DNA from: Dehalococcoidia bacterium
GTDB lineage: Bacteria > Chloroflexota > Dehalococcoidia > Plut-88900
NCBI GenBank assembly: GCA_965197585.1
Contig: OZ240215.1
Span: 2,624,001-2,688,000, forward strand
Direction: 5' to 3'
Length of the DNA stretch: 64,000 bases
The notes under the pieces were generated by a model. That model saw nothing but the letters and a program-made list of their open reading frames with translations, made no database searches and had not been told where the DNA came from. The position numbers and the translations under genes were made by a program. Positions 1 to 9,163 of the stretch are shown in pieces; position 1 is the first letter of the stretch, and the number at the start of each line of letters is the position of its first letter.

Positions 1-141
1 CCTGACAGCTACAAGAGTTCCGATACGCACAAATACTCCGACGATGATGGGCGACAAACTGTGGCCGCCAGTTGGCTGGCCGACGCAGGAGGGACTGCCC
101 CGCAAATTGAGGGCATCCCGAGACGCAGAAGCGAGCTGTAA
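1..141 (+). CDS. VapB-like antitoxin, 3' part (truncated by window edge)
   Basis: Frame 1 is open from base 1 to TAA at 139-141, ending ...WLADAGGTAPQIEGIPRRRSEL, a VapB32-like C-terminus; it stops 2 bp before a PIN toxin gene. Confidence 0.6.
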   Translation, partial: PDSYKSSDTHKYSDDDGRQTVAASWLADAGGTAPQIEGIPRRRSEL

Positions 142-143
142 GT

Positions 144-518
144 TTGAATCTTGTGGATACCTCAGTTTGGGTTGATCATTTGCGTTCCCCGGTGCCGGTG
201 CTTCAGTCCCAACTGAGGGCCGGCCAAGTGTTGACCCATCCGATGGTCATTGGAGAACTCGCCTGTGGGATGATTAGTCGAAGAGGCGAATTCCTGTCCT
301 ATTTGACGGCGCTTCCGGGTATTGCTCTCTTGGACAATGAGCGGATTCTTCGGGACATTGAAAAGAATCGGATGATGGGTCGCGGCATCGGTTTTATAGA
401 TGCCCATCTGCTCTGTTCCGTTATCGCCCGGGGCGGCACAACTCTGTGGACCAGAGATCAACGTCTCAAGCGGATTGCTGAAGAAATGGGAGTCGCATTT
501 CTTGAGGAAGCCCTGTAG
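144..518 (+). CDS. vapC: VapC-family PIN-domain toxin
   Basis: 124 aa; N-terminal LVDTSVW, central GELACG, IGFIDAHLL and LWTRD supply the PIN acidic residues. Confidence 0.88.
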   Translation: MNLVDTSVWVDHLRSPVPVLQSQLRAGQVLTHPMVIGELACGMISRRGEFLSYLTALPGIALLDNERILRDIEKNRMMGRGIGFIDAHLLCSVIARGGTTLWTRDQRLKRIAEEMGVAFLEEAL

Positions 519-527
519 GAGGAACCC

Positions 528-3341
528 ATGCCCCGAGCCAAGCGCACGAAGAAACCCAAGTCTGTGTACAGCCTGCGGCACGAGGGAGAAACTCGCACCA
601 ACATACCCACCGCCGAGTACCAGTCGCTGGTGCGGGAAGAAGAGAGCAGCCCCCTTAGGGTGGCCTATGACCGTCGCAACCGGGACCTGGACCCGCAGCT
701 TGTTTGGCGGGGGAAGGACGAGCAGGACCTCGCCGACCTAGTAGTCAATGTACCACCCCTCTACATCCAGGAGAAAGTCCACCCCAAGGCGCTCATCGCC
801 GACCTGATGCGCCAGTCCAAGAAGAGCCGGGAAGCGGAAGAGCACCAGATAGACATGTTCGCCGATTTCAACGGCTTGCCCGAAGGCGCAGACCGCACCG
901 AGTTCTACCGTCACGATGCCAACTGGGCCAACCGAATGATCCTGGGAGACAGCCTGCAGGTCATGGCCTCCCTGGCCGAACGAGAAGGGCTGCAGGGCAA
1001 GGTGCAGTGCATCTATATCGACCCGCCCTACGGCATCAAATTCAACTCCAACTTCCAGTGGTCCACCACCAGCCGGGACGTTAAGGACGGCAAGGCTGCC
1101 CACATAACCAGAGAGCCGGAGCAGGTTAAGGCATTCCGCGACACATGGCGAGAAGGCATTCACTCCTACATGACCTACCTGCGGGACCGCCTCACAGTGG
1201 CTCGCGACCTTCTGGCTGAGTCCGGCTCTATCTTTGTTCAAATTGGCGACGAGAATGTCCACAGAGTCCGGACACTAATGGATGAAGTATTTGACGACGA
1301 AAATTTCATAACGCAGATTACATACAAGACAAACTCGCCTTTGGGAGCAGATTTTCTCCCATCAAACAGTGATTATGTGTTGTGGTATGCGCGAAACAAA
1401 GGCAATGCCAAATGGCGGAAGGTCTTGCTCGAAAAAGGCGTAGGAGAAGGCACGCTATTCAACTACGTCGAACTACCTGGGCTACGTCGCAGATATGCAA
1501 CGCCTGAGGAGAAACGAGACCCAGCTACTGCACCGCTAGGATCCCGGTTCTTTTACTACAACGTGTTGATCTCTAGCGGGTATACCCCCTCATGTACATA
1601 TGACTTCATGTTCCAAGGCAAAATCGTTAAGGCCCAAAGAAAATCATGGCGTACAACACAGGATGGAATGGCGCGATTGGACAGAGCCAATCGGCTCACA
1701 ATGCCAGGATCGTTGCCTTACATGGTGGGCTACCACGATGATTTCTCAGTTAAAGCATTGACATCCATATGGGACGATACTCGAAGTGCTATGAACAAAG
1801 TATTCGTGGCACAAACCCAAGAATTAATAATCCAACGCTGCATCCTGATGACTACCGATCCCGGCGATATAGTGCTGGATCCCACCTGCGGTTCGGGTAC
1901 CTCCGCCTACATAGCCGAGCGATGGGGACGGCGGTGGATTGTTGTAGATACTTCACGAGTCGCCCTGGCTCTGGCACGGGCTCGCATCATGGGTGCTCGC
2001 TATCCCTACTACCTGTTGGCCGATAGCCCAGAAGGGCAACAGAAGGAGGCCGAACTCTCGCGCAATGCTCCCTCGACAATGCCGACCTACGGCAATCTAC
2101 GGCAAGGGTTTGTCTATGATCGTGTGCCTCACATCACTCTAGGTGCTATCGCCAACAACGTTGAAATTGATGTCATATACGACGAATTTCAGGAGAAGCT
2201 GGAGCCACTGTGCAAGGAGCTCAACGAGACCCTTAACGCCACTTGGGAAGAATGGGAGATTCCCCGGGAAGCCGTAAGCTCATGGCCTAGGCAAGTGAAA
2301 GACCTCCATAAGCAGTGGTGGGAATTGCGCATCGCTCGACAGAAAGAAATTGACGCATCCATCGCAGCCAAAGCAGAGTACGAGTACCTATACGATAGGC
2401 CCTATGATGCCCGAAGCAAGGTGCGCGTCGCAGGGCCCTTTACTGTGGAAAGCATCTCTCCTCACCGGGTTCTGGGTGTAGACGAGAACGGCGAAATCAT
2501 TGATAGCGTCGCCGAATCACAGGACGGCTACGGCACGGGTTACGACTTCGGCCAAATCATACTCGAAAACCTGAAACGTTCCGGTGTTCAGCAGGCCCAC
2601 AAGGAAGACCGGATAACCTTCACCTCGCTGACTCCATGGCCGGGTAAGCTGGTCTGTGCGGAGGGTCGGTACGTTGAGGGAGGCGAAGACAACGAAGATG
2701 ACTCTGCTTCGGCAGGCATGGAAAAGAAAGCGGGCATATTCATCGGGCCGGAGTTTGGCACCGTGTCTCGGCCTGACCTTGTAGAAGCAGCACGGGAGGC
2801 CGCCGAGTGCGGGTTCGACGTGCTTATCGCCTGTGCCTTCAACTATGACGCCCATACAACGGAGTTCGAGAGCCTGGGCCGAATCCCGGTACTCAAAGCT
2901 CGCATGAATGCCGACCTGCACATGGCCGGGGAGTTGAAGAATACCGGCAACGGGAATCTGTTCGTGATCTTCGGCGAGCCGGATATCGACGTGCTGGATA
3001 CCGAGGACGGTCAACTACAGGTCAGGGTCAACGGTGTGGATGTGTTTCACCCCAACACCGGCGAGGTCCGCAGCGACGGACCGGATGGCATCGCCTGCTG
3101 GTTCATCGACACCGATTACGACCAGGAGAGCTTCTTCGTACGCCACGCCTACTTCCTCGGCGCCAACGACCCTTACAAGTCGCTCAAGACAACCCTGAAA
3201 GCCGAGATTGACCCGGATGCCTGGGCAACCCTCAACAGCGACATCTCCCGGCCATTCCCCAAACCGGAGTCTGGACGCATCGCTGTCAAGGTAATCAACC
3301 ACCTTGGGGATGAGGTGATGAAAGTGTTTCGGGTGGGGTGA
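528..3341 (+). CDS. Adenine-specific DNA methyltransferase, type III Mod-like (beta class)
   Basis: 937 aa; motif IV YIDPPY precedes motif I VLDPTCGSGT with a variable region between; long C-terminal extension ending IAVKVINHLGDEV. No Res gene in the window (it may be upstream). Confidence 0.9.
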   Translation: MPRAKRTKKPKSVYSLRHEGETRTNIPTAEYQSLVREEESSPLRVAYDRRNRDLDPQLVWRGKDEQDLADLVVNVPPLYIQEKVHPKALIADLMRQSKKSREAEEHQIDMFADFNGLPEGADRTEFYRHDANWANRMILGDSLQVMASLAEREGLQGKVQCIYIDPPYGIKFNSNFQWSTTSRDVKDGKAAHITREPEQVKAFRDTWREGIHSYMTYLRDRLTVARDLLAESGSIFVQIGDENVHRVRTLMDEVFDDENFITQITYKTNSPLGADFLPSNSDYVLWYARNKGNAKWRKVLLEKGVGEGTLFNYVELPGLRRRYATPEEKRDPATAPLGSRFFYYNVLISSGYTPSCTYDFMFQGKIVKAQRKSWRTTQDGMARLDRANRLTMPGSLPYMVGYHDDFSVKALTSIWDDTRSAMNKVFVAQTQELIIQRCILMTTDPGDIVLDPTCGSGTSAYIAERWGRRWIVVDTSRVALALARARIMGARYPYYLLADSPEGQQKEAELSRNAPSTMPTYGNLRQGFVYDRVPHITLGAIANNVEIDVIYDEFQEKLEPLCKELNETLNATWEEWEIPREAVSSWPRQVKDLHKQWWELRIARQKEIDASIAAKAEYEYLYDRPYDARSKVRVAGPFTVESISPHRVLGVDENGEIIDSVAESQDGYGTGYDFGQIILENLKRSGVQQAHKEDRITFTSLTPWPGKLVCAEGRYVEGGEDNEDDSASAGMEKKAGIFIGPEFGTVSRPDLVEAAREAAECGFDVLIACAFNYDAHTTEFESLGRIPVLKARMNADLHMAGELKNTGNGNLFVIFGEPDIDVLDTEDGQLQVRVNGVDVFHPNTGEVRSDGPDGIACWFIDTDYDQESFFVRHAYFLGANDPYKSLKTTLKAEIDPDAWATLNSDISRPFPKPESGRIAVKVINHLGDEVMKVFRVG

Positions 3342-3463
3342 GGGCAGGAACAGTGCCCCTCTGATATAGCTCCTCGCCCACGCAGCTCTCAGCCCCTTCG
3401 TTCTGTACAACAGCATTCGAGCAGAAAAAAGAATGCGAACTCTGACAACCACCCAAATGACGT

Positions 3464-5533
3464 ATGCAATTTCGCATAGCCGACACTTTCACCTCTAGGC
3501 TCGGCAAGCTACCTAACGAGCACCAGAAGGCGGTCAAAACGACTGCTTTTGACTTGCAGACCAATCCGTCCCACCCAAGCCTTAGTTTGCACCGGCTTTC
3601 TGGCACTCGGGACCCAAACTTTTGGTCCGCCAGGGTGAACAGCGACTTACGCATAATCGTCCATCAGACCTACGACGGCATGACGTTGTGCTATGTAGAC
3701 CATCACGAGGAAGCCTATAGATGGGCCGAGCGGAGGAAACTCGTACCCCACCCCACTACAGGCGCTGCCCAGCTGGTAGAACTCCGGGAAGTTATCCAAG
3801 AGATTCCGGTCTTGTCATATGTAACAGTTGAGCGGTCCACGCCACCAAAGCATCCACTCTTCGAGAACATCCCGGATGAACAACTGTTGGGTTATGGTGT
3901 ACCACCGGAATGGTTGGCTGATGTGAGGATCGCCGACGAAGATAGTGTGTTGGATTTGGCAACTCATTTGCCATCGGAAGCGGGAGAAGCGCTGCTGGAA
4001 TTGGCAGTGGGCAAGACGCCACAACCATCCTTGCCTGCTCCGGACGGGGCCGATCCCTTCGATCACCCGGACGCGCTGCGCCGTTTCCGTGTAATGCGAA
4101 ATATTGAGGAGTTGCAGGAAGCCCTCGAATATCCATGGGAGAAGTGGACCATCTTCCTTCATCCCGCTCAACTGGGTCTCGTGGAGCGGGACTACAACGG
4201 GCCGGCACGGGTCTCGGGTTCGGCGGGCACCGGAAAGACTGTAGTGGCTCTACACAGGGCCGCGTATCTGGCCAAGTCAAACCCAGAGGCTCGCATTCTA
4301 CTGACCACGTTCTCAGGCGCTCTTGCCAACTTATTGAAAACAAAGCTCCACCGACTGATGCACAAGGAACTAGAACCGAACGGCATAACAAAAGTCGGTT
4401 CGCTGGACAGCGTCGGTCTTAGCCTGTACAAGAACTTCTTTGGGCCACCGAACTTGGCAAAGCACGAGACCATACGGAGACTTATCGAAGAATCATGCTC
4501 ACTGGAAGGGACCAAGTTCTCCTTGACCTTCCTCACCGCGGAGTGGGAGCGAGTGATAGACGCTTGGCAGTTGGCTAGTTGGGAAGACTATCGTGACATA
4601 GCCCGTATCGGCCGTTACCGCAGGTTATCCGGGTCCCAGCGGCAGGCATTATGGCCGGTCTTTGAGCGTGTCAGGTCGGGATTGGGAGAGCGCGGATTAG
4701 TGACGATGGCTGAGGTGTTTGGAAGGTTGACTTGCGGATTAAAACAACAGGAACAGCCTATATTCGACCACGTTGTAGTTGACGAAGCACAGGATGTCAG
4801 TGTGGCCCAACTGAAGTTCCTTGCTGTACTAGCAGGAGGACGCCCAAACGGACTCTTTTTTGCTGGTGACCTCGGCCAACGCATTTTTCAACAACCATTC
4901 TCTTGGAAGGAGCTGGGAGTGGATGTGAGGGGCCGTTCCCAGACTCTGCGAATAAACTATCGCACTTCACATCAGATTAGAATGCAGGCCGACCGTCTAT
5001 TAGACCCGGAGATGTCCGACGTTGACGGCAACGTGGAAGACCGGCAAGGAACGGTATCGATTTTCAACGGCCCGAGGCCTTCCATTCAAGCCTTTAATGA
5101 CGAGGAGATGGAGCGCGCGAAGGTAAGCGAGTGGTTGAATGCCAAGGTCTTTGAGCATCTCAGTCCCAGCGAGATTTGCGTGTTCGTGAGGTCTGAGGAC
5201 CAACTGGACAGGGCTGTAGAGGCGATCAAGCGCATAGGTATGATGTATGCCGTACTTGACGATGACATGAAAGTGCGGGATGACTGTTTGACGGTCGGCA
5301 CTATGCACCTTGCCAAGGGCCTAGAATTCCGGGCGGTTGTTGTTATGGCTTGTGATGCTGAGGTAATTCCCCTCCAGTCCCGAGTTGAGTCTATTGCTGA
5401 TGAGGCAGATTTGGAGGAGATCTACAACACCGAACGACACCTGCTATATGTTGCCTGCACACGCGCCAGAGACAACCTTCTGGTGACAGGTGTGAAGCCA
5501 ATATCGGAGTTTCTGGACGACATGAGGATGTAA
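3464..5533 (+). CDS. UvrD-like SF1 helicase with N-terminal RelE/ParE-like domain
   Basis: Walker A GSAGTGKT, Walker B VVDEAQD, NYRT, HLAKGLEF, LLYVACTRARD; first ~90 aa (FWSARVNSDLRIIVH..YVDHH) resemble a RelE fold. Confidence 0.85.
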   Translation: MQFRIADTFTSRLGKLPNEHQKAVKTTAFDLQTNPSHPSLSLHRLSGTRDPNFWSARVNSDLRIIVHQTYDGMTLCYVDHHEEAYRWAERRKLVPHPTTGAAQLVELREVIQEIPVLSYVTVERSTPPKHPLFENIPDEQLLGYGVPPEWLADVRIADEDSVLDLATHLPSEAGEALLELAVGKTPQPSLPAPDGADPFDHPDALRRFRVMRNIEELQEALEYPWEKWTIFLHPAQLGLVERDYNGPARVSGSAGTGKTVVALHRAAYLAKSNPEARILLTTFSGALANLLKTKLHRLMHKELEPNGITKVGSLDSVGLSLYKNFFGPPNLAKHETIRRLIEESCSLEGTKFSLTFLTAEWERVIDAWQLASWEDYRDIARIGRYRRLSGSQRQALWPVFERVRSGLGERGLVTMAEVFGRLTCGLKQQEQPIFDHVVVDEAQDVSVAQLKFLAVLAGGRPNGLFFAGDLGQRIFQQPFSWKELGVDVRGRSQTLRINYRTSHQIRMQADRLLDPEMSDVDGNVEDRQGTVSIFNGPRPSIQAFNDEEMERAKVSEWLNAKVFEHLSPSEICVFVRSEDQLDRAVEAIKRIGMMYAVLDDDMKVRDDCLTVGTMHLAKGLEFRAVVVMACDAEVIPLQSRVESIADEADLEEIYNTERHLLYVACTRARDNLLVTGVKPISEFLDDMRM

Positions 5534-5705
5534 CTGTGCGAAGGGCCTCCCATCTTGCAGAGGTCAATGAAGAACCCTAGGTTTAAAGCCCTGTGTGTAC
5601 AAGACGCGCAAAAACACTCACACATGGACGAACGAGGAGACCATCGAAACGGCGTCAATGGCCTCCCTGTTGCATTTCAGTCCGACCTTGCAGTCCGACT
5701 TTCAG

Positions 5706-5900
5706 TCAGGCTACCTTCCCCATCGGCTCAACCTTTCGTTCCTCCTGTACGGCGAGAGCCCACTCGAAGAGAAGGGCAGCTAGTTGTGTCTGGTGCTAGC
5801 CCCTCCTCCCGGTTTGGCGGGAACGTCCACGGCAGACTCATTCCAAGAGAAGAGAGGCTTGGCGGTCTCAACGGTATCTTCGAGGAGTCCGTTGCCCTCA
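5706..5900 (-). pseudogene. Frameshifted remnant of an ICE helicase 3' end
   Basis: Minus strand gives EGNGLLEDTVETAKPLFSWNESAVDVPAKPGG and, after a frameshift, TQLAALLFEWALAVQEERKVEPMGKVA*. This aligns by eye to the tail of 10550-12910 (NGHHDEAPEPSATGGSLFSWAQFMAEEPVKPRG..PQPASLSMFEWAMSMEQEREEVPVSAGS*). Confidence 0.7.
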
Positions 5901-5937
5901 CAAATGCAAAAACGCCGACAAATACGATGGTTGCGCT

Positions 5938-5976
5938 GGGCAGGTGGCCGCACCTACTGCGTGCGGCCACCTGCCC
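5938..5976 (-). terminator. Perfect 16-bp hairpin downstream of the PRTRC operon
   Basis: GGGCAGGTGGCCGCAC-ctactgc-GTGCGGCCACCTGCCC, 40 bp past the stop at 6017; no immediate U-tract. Confidence 0.55.
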
Positions 5977-6016
5977 ACTAACTCCCAACCGGGCCCTGGG
6001 AGGCAAGGTCCGGCCC

Positions 6017-6499
6017 CTAGAACAGCCTGGGCGGCTCGGGCTGCTGCTGGTCTGCCCCTCCCTCGGCGGCCCCGGCCTGCGCCGAACCCTGTTCTCGCCG
6101 GTTCCGACGCCTTGCCGGGGGAGCGGGTCTCGCGTAAGCCGGATATTTGGGCTGATCCTCCCATCTGGCCCTCGCCCTTTCGGTCACCGCCAGGACCTCC
6201 TGCGCCAGCCCGGACAGGTCCCAGTCGTCGAACGTCTCGATGTGCGGGTCCGAAGAGGTCCGCTGCACGCCGATGGTGGCCCTGCCTCCCTTTATGGACA
6301 CGACGACCTTCAGGTCTTCCGGCGGACGGGCCTGCTCCTCTACGTCATCGGAGCCCTGCCGGTCCTGTTCGGTCTCCTTATTGGAGTCTTCCCCTTCGAC
6401 AGCCACGGCAGCCGCATCGTCTGCCGTATCGCCAAACAGACTCTCATCGACGCTCGGAGCATCCGAGCGGATTGCTTCCGTTCCAGTTTCGTCAGGCAT
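6017..6499 (-). CDS. Acidic hypothetical protein, possibly PRTRC protein E-like
   Basis: ATG at 6499 with AGGAG RBS; 160 aa, acidic disordered N-terminus, ends PRLF; last gene of the ubiquitin-like operon. Confidence 0.55.
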   Translation of the reverse strand: MPDETGTEAIRSDAPSVDESLFGDTADDAAAVAVEGEDSNKETEQDRQGSDDVEEQARPPEDLKVVVSIKGGRATIGVQRTSSDPHIETFDDWDLSGLAQEVLAVTERARARWEDQPKYPAYARPAPPARRRNRREQGSAQAGAAEGGADQQQPEPPRLF

Positions 6500-6549
6500 G
6501 GTCTCTCCTCTCCTTGATTCTTCTCCGACTGGTTCGTGTGCTCTGTTCA

Positions 6550-6987
6550 CTAGGCCGCCATCCATCCCGGCTGTCCCTTGATCTCGCCGATGGTCATCGG
6601 CTCCCAGTACAGGTCGCGCTCCACGGCGGGGACGCCGCCGAACACGGTTACTTCCGCCAGCTCCGTGAGGTCGAAGTATCCAAGTTCCACTTCGAACCCC
6701 TCGACGAGGCCGAAGCACAGTCCGGTCTCGGGGTCCCACTCGGTGATGTACCAGCGCCAGCCGTTGTACGGGCTGAACAGCTTCACCCTGGCAACGACGG
6801 CATCGGGGTCGTCCGCCCCGTCATTGGCGTAGAGGGGCGGGATGGTGTCGGCAAGCTCCCTGGTCATCAGCTTGTGCCTGCGGAGCCCGCTGTGGTTGTC
6901 CTGCCAGATCGTGCCGGTCGTGGCCTTTCCCTTCTTGTCAAACATTGGTTTCTCCTTCTCCTTGTTCTCTTCTCTGGTTTTGTTCAT
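6550..6987 (-). CDS. DUF2958-family protein
   Basis: KLFSPYNGWRWYITEWD..FGLVEGFEVELGYFDLTEL..VERDLYW pattern; family common on plasmids and ICEs. Confidence 0.8.
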   Translation of the reverse strand: MNKTREENKEKEKPMFDKKGKATTGTIWQDNHSGLRRHKLMTRELADTIPPLYANDGADDPDAVVARVKLFSPYNGWRWYITEWDPETGLCFGLVEGFEVELGYFDLTELAEVTVFGGVPAVERDLYWEPMTIGEIKGQPGWMAA

Positions 6988-6999
6988 GAACGATGATCG

Positions 7000-7815
7000 C
7001 TAGGCTGCTATCCCCGGCTCGAAGTCAGGCCCCACCACCCGCTCCACTGCCTCCGGGGTGGCGTAGGTCGGGGTGACGGTGCCCTGCTCCATGTCCAGGT
7101 AGAGGCCCATGAAGGGGCAAGAGCCCGCCACCATGCGGCGGACCACCTGCAGCACCAGCGACGCCATCATCTGGTTGATGGTGGGGTCCTGGTCGGTGAG
7201 GTCGAGGGCGGCAGCGCAGTCCACGTCCGGCGGCGCGGTCGACACCGCCGTCAGCAGGTCGGGGCGCTGGAGCGTGGGTGCGGGCAGCAGGTAGCAGGTC
7301 TCGCCCTTGAACGCTGGCTCGTCCCAGGTGATCTCGCCTGAGACGTTACCGACCAGCACCTGCCCCCAGTTGGTGTCGTTGCCCGAGTCGACGAGCCACC
7401 GGCCCGGGTCGCCGGGAAGACACTCGGCCATGGCCCTGCGTGCGGCGGCGTTGTCGGCGCAGCCGATGAGCAGGGAGTTCCCGTAGGAGGGAAGGCCGGG
7501 GTAGCAGTTTCCGTGGGGCCGGGAGTCGTATTCCCTGAAGGGGTAGACCGAGTAGCCGACGGGACGCCGGAAGGCCCTGGCCAGCCGTTCGGCCAGGGCC
7601 TGGCTCTTGAATTTACCGACGTCCTCGGCGTAGAAGTTCTGTCGCAGCAGGTTGTGGGGCTCCACCCGGTCGTGGTCGACCAGGACGATGGTGGCTTCCC
7701 GCCCCTGGAAGAGGCGGCAGAGGCCCTCGGCCACGAAGCCGCCGGTGCCACCGCAGCCGACCACGGTGACCCAGGGGTTGTCCAGCAGGAATGAGTTGTC
7801 CAGGTAATAGGGCAT
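7000..7815 (-). CDS. E1-like ThiF-family adenylyltransferase (PRTRC ThiF)
   Basis: VVGCGGTGG nucleotide-binding loop, DHDRVEPHNLLRQNF, DSGN..GQV, candidate thiolating Cys in DCAAAL. Confidence 0.88.
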   Translation of the reverse strand: MPYYLDNSFLLDNPWVTVVGCGGTGGFVAEGLCRLFQGREATIVLVDHDRVEPHNLLRQNFYAEDVGKFKSQALAERLARAFRRPVGYSVYPFREYDSRPHGNCYPGLPSYGNSLLIGCADNAAARRAMAECLPGDPGRWLVDSGNDTNWGQVLVGNVSGEITWDEPAFKGETCYLLPAPTLQRPDLLTAVSTAPPDVDCAAALDLTDQDPTINQMMASLVLQVVRRMVAGSCPFMGLYLDMEQGTVTPTYATPEAVERVVGPDFEPGIAA

Positions 7816-7872
7816 GTTCAGTTCACCTCCTTGGGGTTTGGCAAGTGTTTTGCATCGGATCAGCCTCCTCGA

Positions 7873-8466
7873 CTAGCTGCCGGACGTCCCGATCCGGCCG
7901 GCGATCACCTGCGACCAGTCCACCGGGGCGAAGTGGCCGTAGACCCCCAGCCGGAGGCTCAGCTCGGGCCGGGGAGTATTGAGGCGTCCGACGACGCCGT
8001 AGATGCGGAAGCCCTGCTCGTCCCGGTCGTCGGTGGCCGAGAAGAAGGCGCGGGAGCCTCCGTGGGAGTGGAACTCGGCGACCACCCCATCGGGGGGCCG
8101 GTAGGTGACGGAGGTCGAGGTGCCAGTCTGCGGGGGCACCACCAGCTGGTAGACTTCCCCGTCCCAGCACACGGCGAAGAACCGCTCCGTGTCGGGATCG
8201 GTCCGGAGCCAGCGCAGACCCAATTCGAAGAGGTTTGCCGGGATGGGGCCGTGGGAGAGCGCCACCTTCTCGTACACGGGCTTCAACCCGCGCACCTCGC
8301 AGGGGACGAGCAGGACCCGCGCCGCCAGATGGGCGCTCTCGGACTGGACGTAGAGACCGCCCGCTCCGAGCACGTAGTCGTACCCGATACCCTGAGAGCC
8401 CAGGAGTCCACATGGGTGGTTCACCAGGTAGCCCACAGGGTGGGGCCCGGCGCTAGCGGTAGCCGT
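7873..8466 (-). CDS. JAB/MPN metallopeptidase (PRTRC protein A-like)
   Basis: Complete JAB motif E...FHSHGGSRAFFSATDDRDE. Start is ambiguous: ACG at 8466 behind a GGAG, or GTG at 8436. Confidence 0.85.
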   Translation of the reverse strand, partial: TATASAGPHPVGYLVNHPCGLLGSQGIGYDYVLGAGGLYVQSESAHLAARVLLVPCEVRGLKPVYEKVALSHGPIPANLFELGLRWLRTDPDTERFFAVCWDGEVYQLVVPPQTGTSTSVTYRPPDGVVAEFHSHGGSRAFFSATDDRDEQGFRIYGVVGRLNTPRPELSLRLGVYGHFAPVDWSQVIAGRIGTSGS

Positions 8467-9163
8467 AGCCCCGTCTCCCCTCGGAGACCGCCATGGCGTG
8501 GGCCAGGGTGCACTGGGGAACAAGGTCTTCCATCGGGTACTCGGTCTTTCCATTGATCTCCTCCCATAGCGCTTGCAGGTTGTCGGTGTGCTTCTTCGAG
8601 CGGTTCCGGGTGTCTCCGGTAAGGGAGAAGTAGGACTGGAAGAAGGACTCGGGTATCAGCCCCACCTCCTCGGGGAACCGGTGGCTTCCGGGGCAGACCC
8701 GCCCGTCTCCGAAGACGTTGAAGGCCGGGGCCCGGAAGAGTTGCTGCTCGGTGTCGGTGGGCCGGCGCGTTGCGGCGTAGACCCAGGGCGCCCGGCCCGG
8801 CGAGCAGACGAGCACCAGCCCCGGCATGGGGAGCCGGAGCCGGGCGGGGGGCTTGAAGGCCTCCCGCTGCAGGGCAACGGACCAGACCTGCGGCGGCCGC
8901 CAGAGGGCCACCACCTGCCCGGTCTCGCCCTGGTTCCACCAGAGGGCGTCCTGGGGCAGCAGCCCCGAGGAGAACCCCAGGTGCCGGGTGAGGGCATTGG
9001 CGATTTCATCTGCGGAGACGGTTCTTACCCATGTGGAGTCGCTATCGAACCCCCTCAGCAGGATGGTCTCCCTGTAGATCTCCATCTGCATCTGGAGACG
9101 GTCCCTGGGTATTTCCGCGGAGCCCGGCAGGGACCATTGGGTCGAATCTAGTTCAACACTCAT
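8453..9163 (-). CDS. Prokaryotic E2 family D protein (PRTRC protein B-like)
   Basis: LPMPGLV, LFRAPAFNVFGDGRVCPG (N..G..C catalytic Cys motif), FFQSYFS; lies between Ubl and JAB genes. Confidence 0.8.
   Translation of the reverse strand: MSVELDSTQWSLPGSAEIPRDRLQMQMEIYRETILLRGFDSDSTWVRTVSADEIANALTRHLGFSSGLLPQDALWWNQGETGQVVALWRPPQVWSVALQREAFKPPARLRLPMPGLVLVCSPGRAPWVYAATRRPTDTEQQLFRAPAFNVFGDGRVCPGSHRFPEEVGLIPESFFQSYFSLTGDTRNRSKKHTDNLQALWEEINGKTEYPMEDLVPQCTLAHAMAVSEGRRGYGYR

Noticed and set aside
5675-5707. Short tandem CAGTCCGAC repeats as a possible att site or iterons
   Set aside because: About 2.5 imperfect copies with no similarity to the tRNA-Glu junction.
1-6000. Left attachment site duplicating the tRNA 3' end
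   Set aside because: No TGGTACCCCC-like copy found by eye; serine integrase cores can be very short, so the boundary cannot be called.
5555-6996. Long plus-strand ORFs (320 and 350 aa)
   Set aside because: Antisense shadows of minus-strand genes in high-GC DNA; no recognisable motifs.
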